From Pseudomonadota bacterium (GTDB lineage: Bacteria; Pseudomonadota; Alphaproteobacteria; CACIAM-22H2): a stretch of 61,669 nt of DNA. The position numbers were made by a program, and so were the translations under genes. The stretch is from positions 1-61,669 of the forward strand of contig JBEGVV010000167.1 in NCBI GenBank assembly GCA_041178225.1, read 5' to 3'. A model generated the notes under the pieces. The model worked only from the letters and a program-made list of their open reading frames with translations, had not been told where the DNA came from and ran no database searches. Below, piece after piece: positions 45,498-59,796 of this stretch (within the stretch, counting starts at the first letter, position 1; every line of letters starts with the position of its first letter).

Positions 45498-47018
45498 TCA
45501 ATCCGCGAGAGAGGCGACGCGGCTGCCCGGCTCTAGGGCTGCCTGCTGGTAGCGGGCGACGAGCTGGTCCACCGAGGCGGAGAAGACGTCGAGGACCGGC
45601 TTGGGCTGGATCCCCATCCAGAGCACCACCGCGACGAGCGGCAGGAAGATCGCGACCTCCCGGCGCGACAGGTCGAGCATGTCGCGCAGGTCGGCGCGCT
45701 CGAGCTTGCCGAAGACGACGCGGCGGTAGAGGTAGAGCATGTACGCCGCGCCGAGGATCACGCCGAGGGCGGCGAAGGCCGCGGCCCAGGTGCTCGACTG
45801 GAAGGCGCCCGCGAGGACGAGGAACTCGCCCACGAAGCCGCTGGTGCCGGGCAGGCCGACCGAACCCATGGTGAAGAGCATGAACACCGCGGCGTAGCGC
45901 GGCATGCGCTCCACGAGGCCGCCGTAGCGCGCGATCTCGCGGGTATGCAGCCGGTCGTAGACGACGCCGACGCAGAGGAACAGCGCGCCGGAGACGACGC
46001 CGTGGCTCAGCATCTGGAACAGCGCGCCATCGATGCCCTGGCGCGTCCCGGTGAAGATCCCGAGCGTGACGAAGCCCATGTGCGCGACCGAGGAGTACGC
46101 GATGAGCTTCTTCATGTCCTCCTGCACCAGCGCGACCAGCGACGTGTAGACGATCGCGACGATCGAGAGCGTGTAGACGAACGGCGTGAAGGCGACGGAG
46201 GCCTCGGGGAGCATCGGCAGCGAGAAGCGCAGGAACCCGTAGGCGCCCATCTTCAGCAGCACGCCCGCGAGGATGACGGAGCCCGCGGTCGGCGCCTCCA
46301 CGTGCGCGTCGGGCAGCCAGGTATGGACCGGCCACATCGGCACCTTCACCGCGAAGGACGCGAAGAAGGCCAGCCAGAGCCAGGTCTGCGCCTGCCGGCC
46401 GAAGCCGTGCCCCATCAGCTTCGTGATGTCCGTCGTGCCGGCGTCGCCGTAGATGTAGAGCAGCGCCACCAGCATCAGCACCGAGCCGGCGAGCGTGTAG
46501 AGGAAGAACTTGAAGGCCGAGTAGACGCGCCGGGCACCGCCCCACACGCCGATGATCAGGAACATCGGGATCAGGACGGCCTCGAAGAAGATGTAGAACA
46601 GCACCGTGTCGAGGGCGCAGAACATGCCGACCATCATCGTCTCGAGGACGAGGAAGGCGATCATGTACTCCTTCACGCGGTGCTCGATCGCCTCCCAGGA
46701 CGCGAGCACGCAGATCGGCATCAGGAAGGTCGACAGCAGGACGAACAGCACGGAGATGCCGTCGACGCCCATGTGGTAGGCGATGCCCGTCCCCGGGAAC
46801 CACTCCGCCTTCTCGACGAACTGGAACGCGGCCGTGCCGCGCTCGAAGCCGGTCCACAGCGCCAGCGAGACGAGGAAGGTCGCCAGCGTCGTCCATAGCG
46901 CGACCCAGCGCGCGTTGCGGGCGACGGTCTCGTCGTCGCCACGGACGAAGAGGATGAGTCCCGCGCCGACCAGCGGCAGGAAGGTGACGAGGCTCAGGAT
47001 TGGCCAGGATGCGTTCAT
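45498..47018 (-). CDS. nuoM: NADH-quinone oxidoreductase subunit M
   Basis: [18 protein letters not shown] and [11 protein letters not shown] motifs. Confidence 0.97.
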   Translation of the reverse strand: MNASWPILSLVTFLPLVGAGLILFVRGDDETVARNARWVALWTTLATFLVSLALWTGFERGTAAFQFVEKAEWFPGTGIAYHMGVDGISVLFVLLSTFLMPICVLASWEAIEHRVKEYMIAFLVLETMMVGMFCALDTVLFYIFFEAVLIPMFLIIGVWGGARRVYSAFKFFLYTLAGSVLMLVALLYIYGDAGTTDITKLMGHGFGRQAQTWLWLAFFASFAVKVPMWPVHTWLPDAHVEAPTAGSVILAGVLLKMGAYGFLRFSLPMLPEASVAFTPFVYTLSIVAIVYTSLVALVQEDMKKLIAYSSVAHMGFVTLGIFTGTRQGIDGALFQMLSHGVVSGALFLCVGVVYDRLHTREIARYGGLVERMPRYAAVFMLFTMGSVGLPGTSGFVGEFLVLAGAFQSSTWAAAFAALGVILGAAYMLYLYRRVVFGKLERADLRDMLDLSRREVAIFLPLVAVVLWMGIQPKPVLDVFSASVDQLVARYQQAALEPGSRVASLAD

Positions 47019-47028
47019 GGTCGGCCCC

Positions 47029-48993
47029 TCACCCGCGCACGAGATACCAGGTCGCGAAGGCGACCACGCCGATCAGCATCGCGAAGGCGTAGTGGTAGAC
47101 ATAGCCGGTCTGCAGGGCGCTCACCCGGCGCGCGGCGGCGAGCGTGTTGGCCGCGAGGCCGTCCGCCCCCAGGCCGTCGATCACCGCGCCGTCGCCCTTC
47201 TTCCAGAAGGCCATGCCGACGCCGAAGGACGGCTTCACGAACAGCCGGTCGTAGAGCTCGTCGAACCACCACTTGTTCAGCAGGAAGCGGTACAGCCCCT
47301 CGAAGCGCGCGGCGAGCTGCGCGGGCACCTCGGGGTTGCGGATGTAGAGGCCCCAGGACATCCCGATGCCCGCGACGCTCGCGACGAGCGGCAGCACCTT
47401 CACCCAGACCGGGACATGGTGGGCATGCTCGACGGAGTCGTTCTCCGGCAGGACCTTGATCGCCGCGCCCCAGAACTCGGCGCGGTGGTCGCCGACGAAA
47501 TAGGCATATCCGGCGACGCCCGCGAAGATCGCGCCGAACGCCAGCACGTAGAGCGGGACGAGCATGACGGAAGGCGATTCATGCGCGTGCTCGTGGGCGT
47601 GGTGGTCGCCGCGCGGCTGGCCGCTGAAGGTCATGAACAGCAGGCGCCAGGAATAGAAGGCCGTCATGGCCGCGGCCGCGATGCCAAGCCAGAAGGCGAA
47701 GGCGCCGGGGCCGGAATGCGCGGCGAAGGCGCTCTCGAGGATGATGTCCTTCGAGTAGAAGCCCGCGAAGCCGAAGACGAACGGGATGCCGATGCCGGCC
47801 AGCGCGAGGCTGCCGACCATCATCAGCCAGTAGGTGACGCGGATCTTGGGGCCGAGGCCGCCCATGCGGCGCATGTCCTGCTCTCCCTCGAGCGCATGGA
47901 TCACCGAGCCGGAGCCCAGGAACAGCAGCGCCTTGAAGAAGGCGTGGGTCATGAGGTGGAAGATCGCGGCCGAGTAGGCCGACACGCCCGCGGCGAAGAA
48001 CATGTAGCCGAGCTGCGAGCAGGTCGAGTAGGCGATGACGCGCTTGATGTCGTTCTGCACGAGGCCTACCGACGCCGCGAAGATCGCGGTGAGCGCGCCG
48101 ACGATGCAGACGACGTGCAGCGCCGCGGGGGCGAGCTCGAACATCGGCGAAAGGCGCGCGACCATGAACACGCCCGCGGTCACCATCGTCGCCGCGTGGA
48201 TGAGCGCGGAGACCGGGGTCGGCCCCTCCATCGCGTCCGGCAGCCAGGTGTGCAGGCCGAGCTGCGCCGACTTGCCCATCGCGCCGACGAAGAGCAGCAG
48301 GCAGAGGATGGTCAGCGCGTGCCCCTCGAACCAGAGGAAGGAGATCGTCTCGCCGGCCTTCGCGGGCGCGGCCTGGAAGACCGTGTCGAAGTGGACCGAC
48401 CCGAACATCAGGAACACGCCGAAGATGCCCAGCGCGAGGCCGAAGTCGCCGACCCGGTTCACCACGAAGGCCTTGATCGAGGCCGCGTTCGCGGACTCGC
48501 GGTCGTACCAGAACCCGATCAGGAGGTAGGACGCGAGGCCGACGCCCTCCCAGCCGAAGAACATCTGCACGAAGTTGTCGGCCGTCACCAGCATCAGCAT
48601 GAAGAAGGTGAACAGGCTCAGGTAGGACATGAAGCGCGGGATCGCAGGGTCGTGGCCCATGTAGCCGATCGAGTAGACGTGGACGCAGGTCGACACGATC
48701 GTCACGACGCAGAGCATAGTGGCGGAGAGCGCGTCGAGCTTGATCGCCCACGAGGCCTCGAAGGCGCCGGAATCGATCCAGGTGAAGAGCTCGAAGCTGC
48801 GCGGCTGGTGGTTGAGCGCGACGGTCCAGAACAGCGCCACCGAGCAGAGCGCCGCGATCGCCACGCACGCGCTGGTCGAGAGCTGGGCCCAGCGGTCGAC
48901 GCCGTGGCCGCGCGCGCCGGCGAGGATCGGCGTGCCCGCGAGGGCGAAGCCGAGGAGCGGCAGGAAGACCGCGAGGAAGGCCAGTGTCTGCAT
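47029..48993 (-). CDS. nuoL: NADH-quinone oxidoreductase subunit L
   Basis: GWEGVG, NRVGD and [30 protein letters not shown] motifs. Confidence 0.97.
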   Translation of the reverse strand: MQTLAFLAVFLPLLGFALAGTPILAGARGHGVDRWAQLSTSACVAIAALCSVALFWTVALNHQPRSFELFTWIDSGAFEASWAIKLDALSATMLCVVTIVSTCVHVYSIGYMGHDPAIPRFMSYLSLFTFFMLMLVTADNFVQMFFGWEGVGLASYLLIGFWYDRESANAASIKAFVVNRVGDFGLALGIFGVFLMFGSVHFDTVFQAAPAKAGETISFLWFEGHALTILCLLLFVGAMGKSAQLGLHTWLPDAMEGPTPVSALIHAATMVTAGVFMVARLSPMFELAPAALHVVCIVGALTAIFAASVGLVQNDIKRVIAYSTCSQLGYMFFAAGVSAYSAAIFHLMTHAFFKALLFLGSGSVIHALEGEQDMRRMGGLGPKIRVTYWLMMVGSLALAGIGIPFVFGFAGFYSKDIILESAFAAHSGPGAFAFWLGIAAAAMTAFYSWRLLFMTFSGQPRGDHHAHEHAHESPSVMLVPLYVLAFGAIFAGVAGYAYFVGDHRAEFWGAAIKVLPENDSVEHAHHVPVWVKVLPLVASVAGIGMSWGLYIRNPEVPAQLAARFEGLYRFLLNKWWFDELYDRLFVKPSFGVGMAFWKKGDGAVIDGLGADGLAANTLAAARRVSALQTGYVYHYAFAMLIGVVAFATWYLVRG

Positions 48994-49004
48994 CGCGACG
49001 CCCG

Positions 49005-49313
49005 TCAGCCCTTCATGAGGTTGATGTCTTCGACCTCGATCGTCCCGCGGTTGCGGAAGTAGACGACGAGGATCGCCAGGCCGATCGCGGCCTCGGCAGC
49101 GGCCACGGTCAGCACCATCAGCGCGAAGACCTGCCCGACGAGGTCGCCATGGTGCGCGGAGAACGCGACGAGGTTGATGTTGACCGCGAGCAGCATCAGC
49201 TCGACCGACATCAGGATGACGATCACGTTCTTGCGGTTGAGGAAGATGCCGACGATCCCGAGGGTGAACAGGATCGCGGCGACCGCGAGGTAGTGGCCGA
49301 GGCCGATGGTCAT
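49005..49313 (-). CDS. nuoK: NADH-quinone oxidoreductase subunit K
   Basis: [11 protein letters not shown] and [12 protein letters not shown] motifs. Confidence 0.97.
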   Translation of the reverse strand: MTIGLGHYLAVAAILFTLGIVGIFLNRKNVIVILMSVELMLLAVNINLVAFSAHHGDLVGQVFALMVLTVAAAEAAIGLAILVVYFRNRGTIEVEDINLMKG

Positions 49314-49317
49314 CGGG

Positions 49318-49923
49318 TCAAACTCCGGTCCGCGGCGGGATCTTGACGATCTCCACGCCGGTCTCGCGGGTGCGCGCGAGCTGGCGCGGGATGTCCTGGC
49401 GGCGCACGCCGGGGCGCGCGCGCAGGGTGAGGACGATGGCGCCGATCATGGCGACGAGGAGGACGAGGCCGGAGGCCTGGAAGACCAGCGCGTAGTGCGT
49501 GTAGACGAGGCGCCCCAGCGCGCGGGTGTTGTGCACGTCGGCCGCGGCCGGCGCGGCGCGAAGGCCCGCGCTGGACGACGCGTCGACCCACGCGGTGCCG
49601 ACGAGCACCAGCTCGGCCAGCAGCACGAGCCCGACCGCGCCGCCGACCGGCAGGTAGCGCAGGAACCCCTCGCGCAGCCGGGCGAAGTTGATGTCGAGCA
49701 TCATGACGACGAAGAGGAACAGCACGGCGACCGCGCCGACATAGACGACCACGAGGATCATCGCGAGGAACTCGGCGCCGTTGAGCAGGAACAGCGCCGC
49801 CGCGTTGAAGAACGCGAGGATCAGGAACAGCACCGAGTGCACGGGGTTTCGCGCGGCCACGACCATCGCGGCCGAGGCCACGAGCACGCCCGAGAACAGG
49901 TAGAAGGCAAGCGCCTGGATCAT
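49318..49923 (-). CDS. nuoJ: NADH-quinone oxidoreductase subunit J
   Basis: [10 protein letters not shown] and [17 protein letters not shown] motifs. Confidence 0.97.
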   Translation of the reverse strand: MIQALAFYLFSGVLVASAAMVVAARNPVHSVLFLILAFFNAAALFLLNGAEFLAMILVVVYVGAVAVLFLFVVMMLDINFARLREGFLRYLPVGGAVGLVLLAELVLVGTAWVDASSSAGLRAAPAAADVHNTRALGRLVYTHYALVFQASGLVLLVAMIGAIVLTLRARPGVRRQDIPRQLARTRETGVEIVKIPPRTGV

Positions 49924-49953
49924 TCCGTCACCTCGAATCCCCCTCGCCGCCCG

Positions 49954-50439
49954 TCACCTGTAGGGCGCCTCGGCGGCGATGTTCTGCTGCAGCTCGGTCT
50001 CCCAGCGGTCGCCGTTCGCGAGCAGCTTGTCCTTGTTGTACATGAGCTCCTCGCGCGTCTCGGTCGCGAACTCGAAGTTCGGGCCCTCGACGATCGCGTC
50101 CACGGGGCATGCCTCCTGGCAGAGCCCGCAGTAGATGCACTTCGTCATGTCGATGTCGTAGCGCGTCGTGCGGCGCGAGCCGTCGGCGCGCGGCTCGGCC
50201 TCGATCGTGATCGCAAGCGCCGGGCAGACCGCCTCGCAGAGCTTGCACGCGATGCAGCGCTCCTCGCCGTTCGGGTAGCGGCGCAGCGCGTGCTCGCCGC
50301 GGAAGCGCGAGCTCAGCGGCCCCTTCTCGAACGGGTAGTTCACCGTCACCTTCGGCTTGAAGAAGTACTTCAGCGTCAGCGCCAGCCCCGAGACGATCTC
50401 GGAGAGGAGCCAGGTGCGGGCGGAGCGGTTCTCGATCAT
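49954..50439 (-). CDS. nuoI: NADH-quinone oxidoreductase subunit I
   Basis: Two 4Fe-4S motifs, CIACKLC..CP and CIYCGLC..CP. Confidence 0.97.
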   Translation of the reverse strand: MIENRSARTWLLSEIVSGLALTLKYFFKPKVTVNYPFEKGPLSSRFRGEHALRRYPNGEERCIACKLCEAVCPALAITIEAEPRADGSRRTTRYDIDMTKCIYCGLCQEACPVDAIVEGPNFEFATETREELMYNKDKLLANGDRWETELQQNIAAEAPYR

Positions 50440-50458
50440 GGCGAGGCCTGTGCGGGCA

Positions 50459-51493
50459 TCAGGGCTTGGGCAGCTTGTCGAAGGCGACGAGCACCCCCGC
50501 GGTCAGGATGACCCAGCCCAGGGAGAGCGGGAGGAAGACCTTCCAGCCGAGCCGCATGAGCTGGTCGTAGCGGTAGCGCGGCAGCGTCGCGCGCACCCAG
50601 AGGAAGACGAAGAGGCAGAAGGCGATCTTGAGGGAGAACCAGATCGGCCCGGGGATCCAGGTGAAGGGCGCGAAGGGCAAGGGCGAGTCCCAGCCGCCGA
50701 GGAACAGCACGCTGGTCATGCCGCTCATGAGGATCATCGCCGCGTACTCGCCGAGGAAGAACAGGGCGAAGGACATCGACGAGTACTCGACGAAGTACCC
50801 GGCGACGAGCTCGGACTCGCCCTCGGGCAGGTCGAAGGGCGAGCGGTTCGTCTCGGCCAGCGCGGAGATGAAGAAGATCACCGCCATCGGCAGCAGCGGC
50901 GGCATCAGCTGGAAGGCGTGCCAGTGCCAGATGCCGCCGGCCTGCGCCTTGACGATGTCCTGGAGGTTCAGCGAGCCGACGCAGAGCAGCACGGTGATGA
51001 TCACGAAGCCGATGGAGACCTCGTAGCTGACCATCTGCGCCGCCGAGCGCAGCGCGCCGAGGAACGCGTATTTCGAGTTCGACGCCCAGCCGGCCATGAT
51101 GATGCCGTAGACGCCGAGCGAGGAGATCGCGAAGAGGTAGAGGATCCCCACGTTGATGTCGGAGATCACCCATCCCGGCGCGAAGGGGATGACCGCCCAG
51201 GCGACGAGGCTGAGAAGGAACGTGACCATCGGCGCCATGATGAAGACGATGCGGTTGGCGCCCGCGGGGATGATGGTCTCCTTGGTGATCAGCTTCAGCG
51301 CGTCGGCGAAGGGCTGCAGCAGGCCGAACGGGCCGACGACGTTCGGTCCCTTGCGCAGCTGCATCGCCGCGATGACCTTGCGCTCCGCGTAGGTCAGCAT
51401 CGCCACGGTCACCAGCAGCGGCACGACCAGCGCGAGGATCTTCGCGACGATCAGCGCGCCGGGAAGCGCATAGCCATGGATGAAGTCAGCCAT
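50459..51493 (-). CDS. nuoH: NADH-quinone oxidoreductase subunit H
   Basis: R.GPNVVG, AETNR.PFDLPE.ESEL and PRYRYDQLM motifs. Confidence 0.97.
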   Translation of the reverse strand: MADFIHGYALPGALIVAKILALVVPLLVTVAMLTYAERKVIAAMQLRKGPNVVGPFGLLQPFADALKLITKETIIPAGANRIVFIMAPMVTFLLSLVAWAVIPFAPGWVISDINVGILYLFAISSLGVYGIIMAGWASNSKYAFLGALRSAAQMVSYEVSIGFVIITVLLCVGSLNLQDIVKAQAGGIWHWHAFQLMPPLLPMAVIFFISALAETNRSPFDLPEGESELVAGYFVEYSSMSFALFFLGEYAAMILMSGMTSVLFLGGWDSPLPFAPFTWIPGPIWFSLKIAFCLFVFLWVRATLPRYRYDQLMRLGWKVFLPLSLGWVILTAGVLVAFDKLPKP

Positions 51494-53552
51494 CGGTGCC
51501 GGTCCTCGGATCGAGAGCCGCCTGCCGCGCAGCCACGCACTTCGCCATCGTCTCGGACACGCGGCTGATCGCGCAGGTCATGTGGAAGTTGGACACCGGC
51601 GAGCGGAAGGGCGTCGCGTCGACGGGCCCGGCGGCGCCGAAAGCGCCCCACGCCGCCGGCACGAGCGCGTCGACCCGCGCGAAGACCTCGCTCGCGGCGG
51701 CCAGGCGCTGGCGCAGCTGGGCGATCGTGTCGTAGGGCAGCTTCCGGCCCACGCGCTCGGACAGGGCGCGCAGGATCTTCCAGTCCTCGCGCGCCTCGCC
51801 CGGGGGGAAGTTCGCGATGCGCGCGCGCTGGGCGCGCCCCTCTGTGTTGACGTAGGTGGCGTTCTTCTCGGTGTAGGCGGCGCCCGGCAGGATCACGTCG
51901 GCGCGATGCGCGCCACGGTCGCCATGGTGGCCCTGGTAGACCACGAAGGCCTTGCCGAGCCGCGAGGCGTCGACCTCGTCCGCGGCCTGCAGCCACACGA
52001 CGTCGATCTCGCCCTTGGCGCAGCCCTCGAGGATGCCCTGCACGTCGCGCCCGCCCTGCCCTGGCACGAAGCCGAGCTCGAGCCCGCCGACGCGCGCGGC
52101 GGCGGTGTGCAGCACGTTGAAGCCGTTCCAGCCATCCTTGACCACGCCGAGCGCCTCGGCGGCGCGGCGGGCCAGCGCGAGCACCTGCGCGCCGTCGGCG
52201 CGCGCGAGCGCGCCCTGCCCCAGGATGATCATCGGTGCCTTGGCGTCTCTCATCGCCTGCGCGAAGGCGAGCTTGCCGTCGACGAGGTCGGCCAGGGTCT
52301 GCGGGCCGGCGCCGAGATACTCGAACTTGTAGGTCAGGTCGTGCTGCGGCCCGATCGCGGCGACCGGCAGGCGCCCGGCCAGCCAGCGCTTGCGGATGCG
52401 CGCGTTGACGATCGGCGCCTCCCAGCGTGGGTTCGTGCCGACGAGCAGCAGCGCGTCGCAGCGGTCGATCCCGGCGATGCCGGAATTGAAGCGCCAGCCC
52501 GCGGCGCAGGACGGGTCGAGCTTCGCGCCGTCCTGCCTGCAGTCGATGTTCGGGCTGCCCAGCGCGGCCATCAGGTCCTTGAGGGCGGCCATCGCCTCGC
52601 AGTCGGCCTGGTCGCCGGCGATCGCGGCGATGCGCGCGCCCGGCGTCGCGGAGAGCTTGCGCGCGACGGTCGCGAGCGCCTCGTCCCAGGACGCGGGCGC
52701 CAGCTTGCCGTCGGCTCCGCGCACGTAGGGGCGGTCGAGGCGCTGGCGGCGCAGCCCGTCGATCGCGAAGCGCGTCTTGTCGGAGATCCACTCCTCGTTG
52801 ACCGCCTCGTTCACCCGCGGCAGCACGCGCAGGACCTCGCCCGAGCGGCTGTCGACGCGGATGCTGGAGCCGACCGCGTCCATGACGTCGATCGACTCGG
52901 TCTTGCGCAGTTCCCAGGGGCGCGCGACGAAGGCGTAGGGCTTGGAGGTCAGCGCGCCGACCGGGCAGAGGTCGACGATGTTGGCCGAGAGCTCGGAGGA
53001 CAGGCTCTTCTCGACGAAGGTCGAGATCTCCATGTGCTCGCCGCGGAACACGGCGCCCATCTCCTCGACGCCCGCCACCTCGGTGGCGAAGCGCACGCAG
53101 CGGGTGCAGTGGATGCAGCGGTTCATCGACGTCTTGACCAGCGGCCCGAGCTCCTTGTCGGGCACCGCGCGCTTGTTCTCCTGGTAGCGCGAGCGGTCGA
53201 AGCCGTAGGCCATCGCCTGGTCCTGCAGGTCGCACTCGCCGCCCTGGTCGCAGATCGGGCAGTCGAGCGGATGGTTGATCAGCAGGAACTCCATCACGCC
53301 CTTGCGCGCCTTGCGCACCAGCGGCGTGTCGGTCTTGATCACCATGTTGTCCGCTGCCGGCATCGCGCAGGACGCGATCGGCTTCGGCGCCTTCTCCTGC
53401 TCGACGAGGCACATGCGGCAGTTGCCGGCGATCGACAGGCGCTCATGGTAGCAGAAGCGCGGGATCTCGACGCCCGCCGCCTCGCAGGCCTGCAGGACGG
53501 TCGCGCCCGCCGGGACCTCGACCTCTGTTCCGTTGACCGTCAGCTTCGGCAT
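51486..53552 (-). CDS. nuoG: NADH-quinone oxidoreductase subunit G
   Basis: [26 protein letters not shown] and CIHCTRC motifs. Confidence 0.98.
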   Translation of the reverse strand: MPKLTVNGTEVEVPAGATVLQACEAAGVEIPRFCYHERLSIAGNCRMCLVEQEKAPKPIASCAMPAADNMVIKTDTPLVRKARKGVMEFLLINHPLDCPICDQGGECDLQDQAMAYGFDRSRYQENKRAVPDKELGPLVKTSMNRCIHCTRCVRFATEVAGVEEMGAVFRGEHMEISTFVEKSLSSELSANIVDLCPVGALTSKPYAFVARPWELRKTESIDVMDAVGSSIRVDSRSGEVLRVLPRVNEAVNEEWISDKTRFAIDGLRRQRLDRPYVRGADGKLAPASWDEALATVARKLSATPGARIAAIAGDQADCEAMAALKDLMAALGSPNIDCRQDGAKLDPSCAAGWRFNSGIAGIDRCDALLLVGTNPRWEAPIVNARIRKRWLAGRLPVAAIGPQHDLTYKFEYLGAGPQTLADLVDGKLAFAQAMRDAKAPMIILGQGALARADGAQVLALARRAAEALGVVKDGWNGFNVLHTAAARVGGLELGFVPGQGGRDVQGILEGCAKGEIDVVWLQAADEVDASRLGKAFVVYQGHHGDRGAHRADVILPGAAYTEKNATYVNTEGRAQRARIANFPPGEAREDWKILRALSERVGRKLPYDTIAQLRQRLAAASEVFARVDALVPAAWGAFGAAGPVDATPFRSPVSNFHMTCAISRVSETMAKCVAARQAALDPRTGTDG

Positions 53553-53565
53553 GTCGCGCCCCGTC

Positions 53566-54867
<1,302 letters not shown>

Positions 54868-54876
54868 GTCTATGCC

Positions 54877-55542
54877 TCAATCGTCGCTGCCGGCCGGCGG
54901 GGCGGGCGGCGGCTCGAGCGTCCATTCGTAGCGGGGCGGCATGGCCTTCAGCACCTGCGGCCCGCCCTCGGGCGCGGATTTCTGGCGGCCGATCGCGGAG
55001 CCGCGCGGCGGCACGCGCCCGGCCGCGAGTTCGTCGATCAGCTTCTCGGTCGAGGGGCCGTCGAGGTCCTCGTAGAAGTCGTCGTTCACCTGGATGATCG
55101 GCGCGTTCACGCAGGCGCCGAGGCACTCGACCTCCTTGAGCGTGAACTTGCCGTCGGGCGTGGTCTCGCCGATGCCGATGCCGAGCTTGCGCTGGCAGGC
55201 CTCGACGACCTTGTCCGAGCCACGCAGCCAGCACGGCGTGGTCGTGCAGACCTGGAAGAACCAGGCGCCGACCGGCTGCAGGTTGAACATCGAGTAGAAG
55301 GTCGCGACCTCGTAGACGCGGATCGGCGCCATGTCGAGCATGCCGGCCACGTAGTCCATGGCCGCGCGCGGAAGCCAGTTGCCGCTCTGGCGCTGGGCGA
55401 TGTCGAGCAACGGCAGCACCGCGCTCGCCTGCCGCCCCGCGGGATAGCGCGCGATGATGGCGCGGGCCCGCTCGAGGTTGGCGGCGTCGAAGGCGAAGGT
55501 CGCGGGCTGGGCCGCGGCCCCGCCGTGCTGGGCGGCGCTCAT
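54877..55542 (-). CDS. nuoE: NADH-quinone oxidoreductase subunit E
   Basis: VATFY, CTTTPC and ECLGAC motifs. Confidence 0.97.
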   Translation of the reverse strand: MSAAQHGGAAAQPATFAFDAANLERARAIIARYPAGRQASAVLPLLDIAQRQSGNWLPRAAMDYVAGMLDMAPIRVYEVATFYSMFNLQPVGAWFFQVCTTTPCWLRGSDKVVEACQRKLGIGIGETTPDGKFTLKEVECLGACVNAPIIQVNDDFYEDLDGPSTEKLIDELAAGRVPPRGSAIGRQKSAPEGGPQVLKAMPPRYEWTLEPPPAPPAGSDD

Positions 55543-56726
55543 CGGTCGATCTCCCCGAACACGATGTCCATCGACCCGATGATCGCCACCACGTCGGCGA
55601 GCATGTGGCCCTTGCCGAGGAACTCCATCGCCTGGAGGAAGGCGAAGCCCGGCGCGCGGATCTTGCAGCGATACGGCTTGTTGGTGCCGTCGGAGACCAG
55701 GTAGACGCCGAACTCGCCCTTGGGCGCCTCGACCGCGGTGTAGGTCTCGCCCGCGGGCACGTGGTAGCCCTCGGTGTAGAGCTTGAAGTGGTGGATGAGC
55801 GCCTCCATCGAGCGCTTCATCTCGCCGCGCGACGGCGGCGTGATCTTCTTGTCGTCGGTCTTCACCGGGCCGGGCGTGCGCGCGATCACGTCGAGCGCCT
55901 GCGCCATGATGCGCAGCGACTGGCGCATCTCCTCCATGCGGCAGAGGTAGCGGTCGTAGCAGTCGCCGTTCCGGCCGACGGGCACGTCGAAGTCATAGGC
56001 CTCGTAGCCGTCGTAGGGCTGCGCCTTGCGCAGGTCCCAGGGAAGGCCGGAGCCGCGCAGCATCGGCCCGGAGAACCCCCAGGCCAGCGCCTCCTCGGCG
56101 GTGGCGCGCCCGATGTCCACCGTGCGCTGCTTGAAGATGCGGTTGTCGGTGAGCAGCGATTCGATGTCGTCGACGATCTTCGGGAAGCGGCCGGTCCAGG
56201 CCCGGATGTCGTCGACGAGCTTCGGCGGCAGGTCGCTCGCGACGCCGCCCGGGCGGAAGTAGTTGGCGTGGAGCCGCGCGCCGCAGGCGCGCTCGTAGAA
56301 CTCCATCAGCTTCTCGCGCTCCTCGAAGCCCCAGAGCAGCGGCGTCATCGCGCCGACGTCGAGCGCGAAGGTCGTGATGTTCAGGATGTGGTTCAGGATG
56401 CGGCCGATCTCGGCGTAGAGCACGCGGATCGCCTGCGCGCGCGGCGGCGGCGCGATGCCCAGGAGCTTCTCCACCGCCAGCGCGAAGGCGTGCTCCTGGT
56501 TCATCGGCGACACGTAGTCGAGCCGGTCGAAATAGGGCAGCGCCTGCGTGTAGGTCTTGTACTCGATCAGCTTCTCGGTGCCGCGGTGGAGCAGGCCGAT
56601 ATGCGGGTCGGCGCGCTCCACCACCTCGCCGTCCATCTCGAGGACGAGGCGCAGGACGCCGTGGGCCGCGGGATGCTGCGGCCCGAAGTTCATGGTCAGG
56701 TTCTTGAGGGCGACTTCGGTGGTCAT
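55539..56726 (-). CDS. nuoD: NADH-quinone oxidoreductase subunit D
   Basis: [24 protein letters not shown] and terminal GEIDR motifs. Confidence 0.98.
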   Translation of the reverse strand: MTTEVALKNLTMNFGPQHPAAHGVLRLVLEMDGEVVERADPHIGLLHRGTEKLIEYKTYTQALPYFDRLDYVSPMNQEHAFALAVEKLLGIAPPPRAQAIRVLYAEIGRILNHILNITTFALDVGAMTPLLWGFEEREKLMEFYERACGARLHANYFRPGGVASDLPPKLVDDIRAWTGRFPKIVDDIESLLTDNRIFKQRTVDIGRATAEEALAWGFSGPMLRGSGLPWDLRKAQPYDGYEAYDFDVPVGRNGDCYDRYLCRMEEMRQSLRIMAQALDVIARTPGPVKTDDKKITPPSRGEMKRSMEALIHHFKLYTEGYHVPAGETYTAVEAPKGEFGVYLVSDGTNKPYRCKIRAPGFAFLQAMEFLGKGHMLADVVAIIGSMDIVFGEIDR

Positions 56727-56735
56727 GGCGTCGGC

Positions 56736-57362
56736 TCAGTTCTTCGGGGCGGCCGCGGGCGGCGGCGCGGCCTTCTCGTCGCCCGGCAGGAGGCGGTTCA
56801 TGCCCTCCCACGGCGACAGGAAGTCGAACCGGCGGAAGTCCTGCGTCAGCTTCACCGGTTCGTAGACGACGCGCTTGAGCTCGTCGTCGTAGCGCACCTC
56901 GACGTGGCCGGTGAGCGGGAAGTCCTTGCGCAGCGGGTGCCCCTCGAAGCCGTAGTCGGTGAGGATGCGCCGCAGGTCCGCATGGTCGGAGAACATGATG
57001 CCGTAGAGGTCCCAGGCCTCGCGCTCGTACCAGCCAGCGGACGGGAAGACGCCCGTGGCGGTCGGCACCGGCGTGGCCTCGTCGGCCTCCAGCTTCACGC
57101 GGACGCGCTGGTTCAGCTTGACCGAGAGGAGGTTGTAGACGACGTCGAAGCGCCGCTCGCGCTGCGGCCAGTCGACGCCGCAGACATCGACGAGGACCTT
57201 GAACTCGCACTGGCTGTCGTCGCGCAGGAAGGACAGCACGCGCACGATGGAGCCGGCGTTCACGGTCACCATGAGCTCGCCGAGGCGCTGCTCGACCCGC
57301 ACGACGTCGTCGGGCAGGGCCGAGGCGACGTGGTCGCCGATTTCCTTCAGGACCTGGTTCAT
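56736..57362 (-). CDS. nuoC: NADH-quinone oxidoreductase subunit C
   Basis: WYEREAWD and [20 protein letters not shown] motifs. Confidence 0.97.
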   Translation of the reverse strand: MNQVLKEIGDHVASALPDDVVRVEQRLGELMVTVNAGSIVRVLSFLRDDSQCEFKVLVDVCGVDWPQRERRFDVVYNLLSVKLNQRVRVKLEADEATPVPTATGVFPSAGWYEREAWDLYGIMFSDHADLRRILTDYGFEGHPLRKDFPLTGHVEVRYDDELKRVVYEPVKLTQDFRRFDFLSPWEGMNRLLPGDEKAAPPPAAAPKN

Positions 57363-57375
57363 CGCGCCCTGCCCT

Positions 57376-57918
57376 TCAGCGCATGATCGACGTGGTGCGG
57401 CGGATCTTCTTCTGCAGCTGCAGCACGCCGTAGAGCAGGGCCTCCGCCGTCGGCGGGCATCCCGGGACGTAGATGTCGACCGGGACGATTCGGTCGCAGC
57501 CGCGCACGACCGAGTAGGAATAGTGGTAGTAGCCGCCGCCATTCGCGCAGCTGCCCATCGAGATGACCCAGCGCGGCTCGGCCATCTGGTCGTAGACCTT
57601 GCGCAGGGCTGGCGCCATCTTGTTGGTCAGCGTGCCGGCGACGATCATCACGTCCGACTGGCGCGGGCTCGGCCGGAAGACGATGCCGAAGCGGTCGAAG
57701 TCGTAGCGGCTCGCGGCGCTGTGCATCATCTCGACGGCGCAGCAGGCAAGGCCGAACGTCATGGGCCAGAGCGAGCCCGTCCGGGCCCAGGCCACGAGCT
57801 TGTCGAGCTGGGCGACCACGAACCCCTTGTCCTGGAGCTCGTCGGTCACCGTGCGGAGCATCCGGTCCTGCTCGGCGCCCTGCGCCAGCGGAGCGGAACC
57901 CGGCGCGATCACTCCCAT
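57376..57918 (-). CDS. nuoB: NADH-quinone oxidoreductase subunit B
   Basis: [19 protein letters not shown] and PGCPP motifs. Confidence 0.98.
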   Translation of the reverse strand: MGVIAPGSAPLAQGAEQDRMLRTVTDELQDKGFVVAQLDKLVAWARTGSLWPMTFGLACCAVEMMHSAASRYDFDRFGIVFRPSPRQSDVMIVAGTLTNKMAPALRKVYDQMAEPRWVISMGSCANGGGYYHYSYSVVRGCDRIVPVDIYVPGCPPTAEALLYGVLQLQKKIRRTTSIMR

Positions 57919-58274
57919 TCGAGAGCTCCCTTCTTCCATTCGTAGACGAAGCCGACGGTCAGGACGCCGAGGAAGGCGACCATCGACCAGAAGCCGAACA
58001 TCCCCACGTCGCCGAGCGCGACCGCCCACGGGAAGAGGAACGCCACCTCGAGGTCGAAGATGATGAACAGGATGGCGACGAGGTAGAAGCGCACGTCGAA
58101 CTGCTTGCGCGCCTCGTCGAAGGCCTCGAACCCGCATTCATAGGCCGAGAGCTTCTCGGGATCGGGCTTCTGCCGGCCCGCGACCAGCGAGGCGGCGACC
58201 ATGACGATCGACAATCCGATCGCGATCCCGAGGAAGATCAGGATCGGAAGGTATTCGCGCAGCAAGGCGTCCAT
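57909..58274 (-). CDS. nuoA: NADH-quinone oxidoreductase subunit A
   Basis: YECGF, FIIFDLE and [10 protein letters not shown] motifs. Confidence 0.97.
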   Translation of the reverse strand: MDALLREYLPILIFLGIAIGLSIVMVAASLVAGRQKPDPEKLSAYECGFEAFDEARKQFDVRFYLVAILFIIFDLEVAFLFPWAVALGDVGMFGFWSMVAFLGVLTVGFVYEWKKGALEWE

Positions 58275-58381
58275 CGGCTCCAGACCGGTTTGCGCGGGGG
58301 CTCGGCGAACTCGCCGATGCCCCCCGGCGTCCGGCTCCCAGATTGCGGGCCGGGACGGGGACTCCGTCCGGCCTGCCGGTC

Positions 58382-58447
58382 GTTATAGAAGGGACCCCCG
58401 CGTTAGAAAAGACCAACTTGCCGCAATGCACGCGTGGACGTGCCGCA
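58382..58447 (-). promoter_or_regulatory. Putative nuo promoter region: -10 TATAAC and two upstream TGCGGCA direct repeats
   Basis: gttata at 58382-58387; tgccgca at 58419-58425 and 58441-58447. Confidence 0.45.
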
Positions 58448-58500
58448 TGGCGGCCGGCCCCGGGAGGGGCGGTTATCCTGTTCATCCGTGAAGGGGAAAT

Positions 58501-58577
<77 letters not shown>

Positions 58578-58599
58578 GTGGGCCAATTCAAGGCGCGGG

Positions 58600-58628
58600 G
58601 ATGTACCCGCCTTCGCGGGGCCAGTCAA
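58600..58628 (-). promoter_or_regulatory. sigma70 promoter of tRNA-Asp
   Basis: TTGACT-N17-TACATC on the minus strand. Confidence 0.6.
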
Positions 58629-58642
58629 GAGAAGCCGTCGTG

Positions 58643-59749
58643 CTAATCCACCTGGCCGGCTGCAAGGTCCGGGAACATGGCGCGCAGCGCCGCGCGGTCG
58701 GCGCGGCAGATGCCCCGCTCGGTCACCAGCCCGGTCACCAGGCGCGCCGGCGTGACGTCGAAGGCGTCGTTGCGCGCCGGCGTGCCCGCGGGCGAGATCC
58801 GCACCTCGGCGCGGCTGCCATCCGCGAGCAGCCCCGCGACATGGGTCACCTCGCGCCCGTCGCGCTGCTCGATCGGGATCTCGCGCACGCCGTCCGCGAC
58901 GCGCCAGTCGATCGTGGGGCTCGGCAGGCAGACATGGAAGGGCACGCCGTTGTCGGCGGCGGCGAGCGCCTTCAGGTAGGTCCCGATCTTGTTGCACACG
59001 TCGCCGTCGCGCGTGACGCGGTCCGTCCCGACGAGGCAGAGGTCGACGAGCCCGTGCTGCATCAGGTGGCCGCCGGAATTGTCGGCCACCAGCGTGTGCG
59101 GGACGCCATGCCTGCCGAGTTCCCATGCGGTCAGCGCCGCGCCCTGGTTGCGCGGCCGCGTCTCGTCGACCCAGACATGCACGTCGATCCCCGCGTCGTG
59201 CGCCATGTAGATCGGCGCGGTGGCCGTGCCCCAGTCGACGGTGGCCAGCCAGCCCGCGTTGCAGTGGGTGAGGACGTTGACCCTGCCGCCGCCCTTGCGC
59301 GCGGCCGCGGCGCGCACGAGGCCGAGCCCGTGCTCGCCGATCGCGCGGTTGATCGCGACGTCCTCGTCGCAGATCGCGTCGGCGAGCGCGAAGGCCGCCT
59401 CGGCGCGCGCGCCAGGCGGCAGCGTGGCCACGCCGGCGCGCACGCGGTCCAGCGCCCATCGCAGGTTGACGGCCGTGGGCCGCGTCGCGTTGAGCATCGC
59501 GTGCGCCGCCGCCATCCCCGCGTCCGAGGGATCGGCGCGCAGCGCGAGCGCGAGGCCATAGGCGCCGCAGGCGCCGATCAGCGGCGCGCCGCGCGTGCGC
59601 ATCGTGCGGATCGCCTCCGCCACCGCGTCGGCGTCGCGCAGGACAAGCACCTCGAAGGCATGCGGGAAGAGCGTCTGGTCGAAGATGCGCACCGCATGCT
59701 CGCCCCCCTCGCGCCAGGCGCTGCGATAGGCCTTGCCGTCGATCTTCAT
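58643..59749 (-). CDS. mtnA: S-methyl-5-thioribose-1-phosphate isomerase
   Basis: [43 protein letters not shown] and FDVTP motifs; GGAGGGAG RBS. Confidence 0.95.
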   Translation of the reverse strand: MKIDGKAYRSAWREGGEHAVRIFDQTLFPHAFEVLVLRDADAVAEAIRTMRTRGAPLIGACGAYGLALALRADPSDAGMAAAHAMLNATRPTAVNLRWALDRVRAGVATLPPGARAEAAFALADAICDEDVAINRAIGEHGLGLVRAAAARKGGGRVNVLTHCNAGWLATVDWGTATAPIYMAHDAGIDVHVWVDETRPRNQGAALTAWELGRHGVPHTLVADNSGGHLMQHGLVDLCLVGTDRVTRDGDVCNKIGTYLKALAAADNGVPFHVCLPSPTIDWRVADGVREIPIEQRDGREVTHVAGLLADGSRAEVRISPAGTPARNDAFDVTPARLVTGLVTERGICRADRAALRAMFPDLAAGQVD

Positions 59750-59796
59750 GCCGCCGCTCCCTCCACGCCTCGATCTGCTAGCGTGAAGCGCCAAGC

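Noticed and set aside
45493-46896. Apparent long N-terminal fusions on nuoN (similarly on lpxA, lpxI, gloA, mce and the transglutaminase)
   Set aside because: Off-frame read-through of the upstream gene, Arg/Pro-rich and nonsensical; proper starts exist downstream
58578-58590. Possible att duplication of the tRNA-Val 3' end (GCCCAC) next to tRNA-Asp
   Set aside because: Only 6 bp of GC-rich identity and no integrase; chance level
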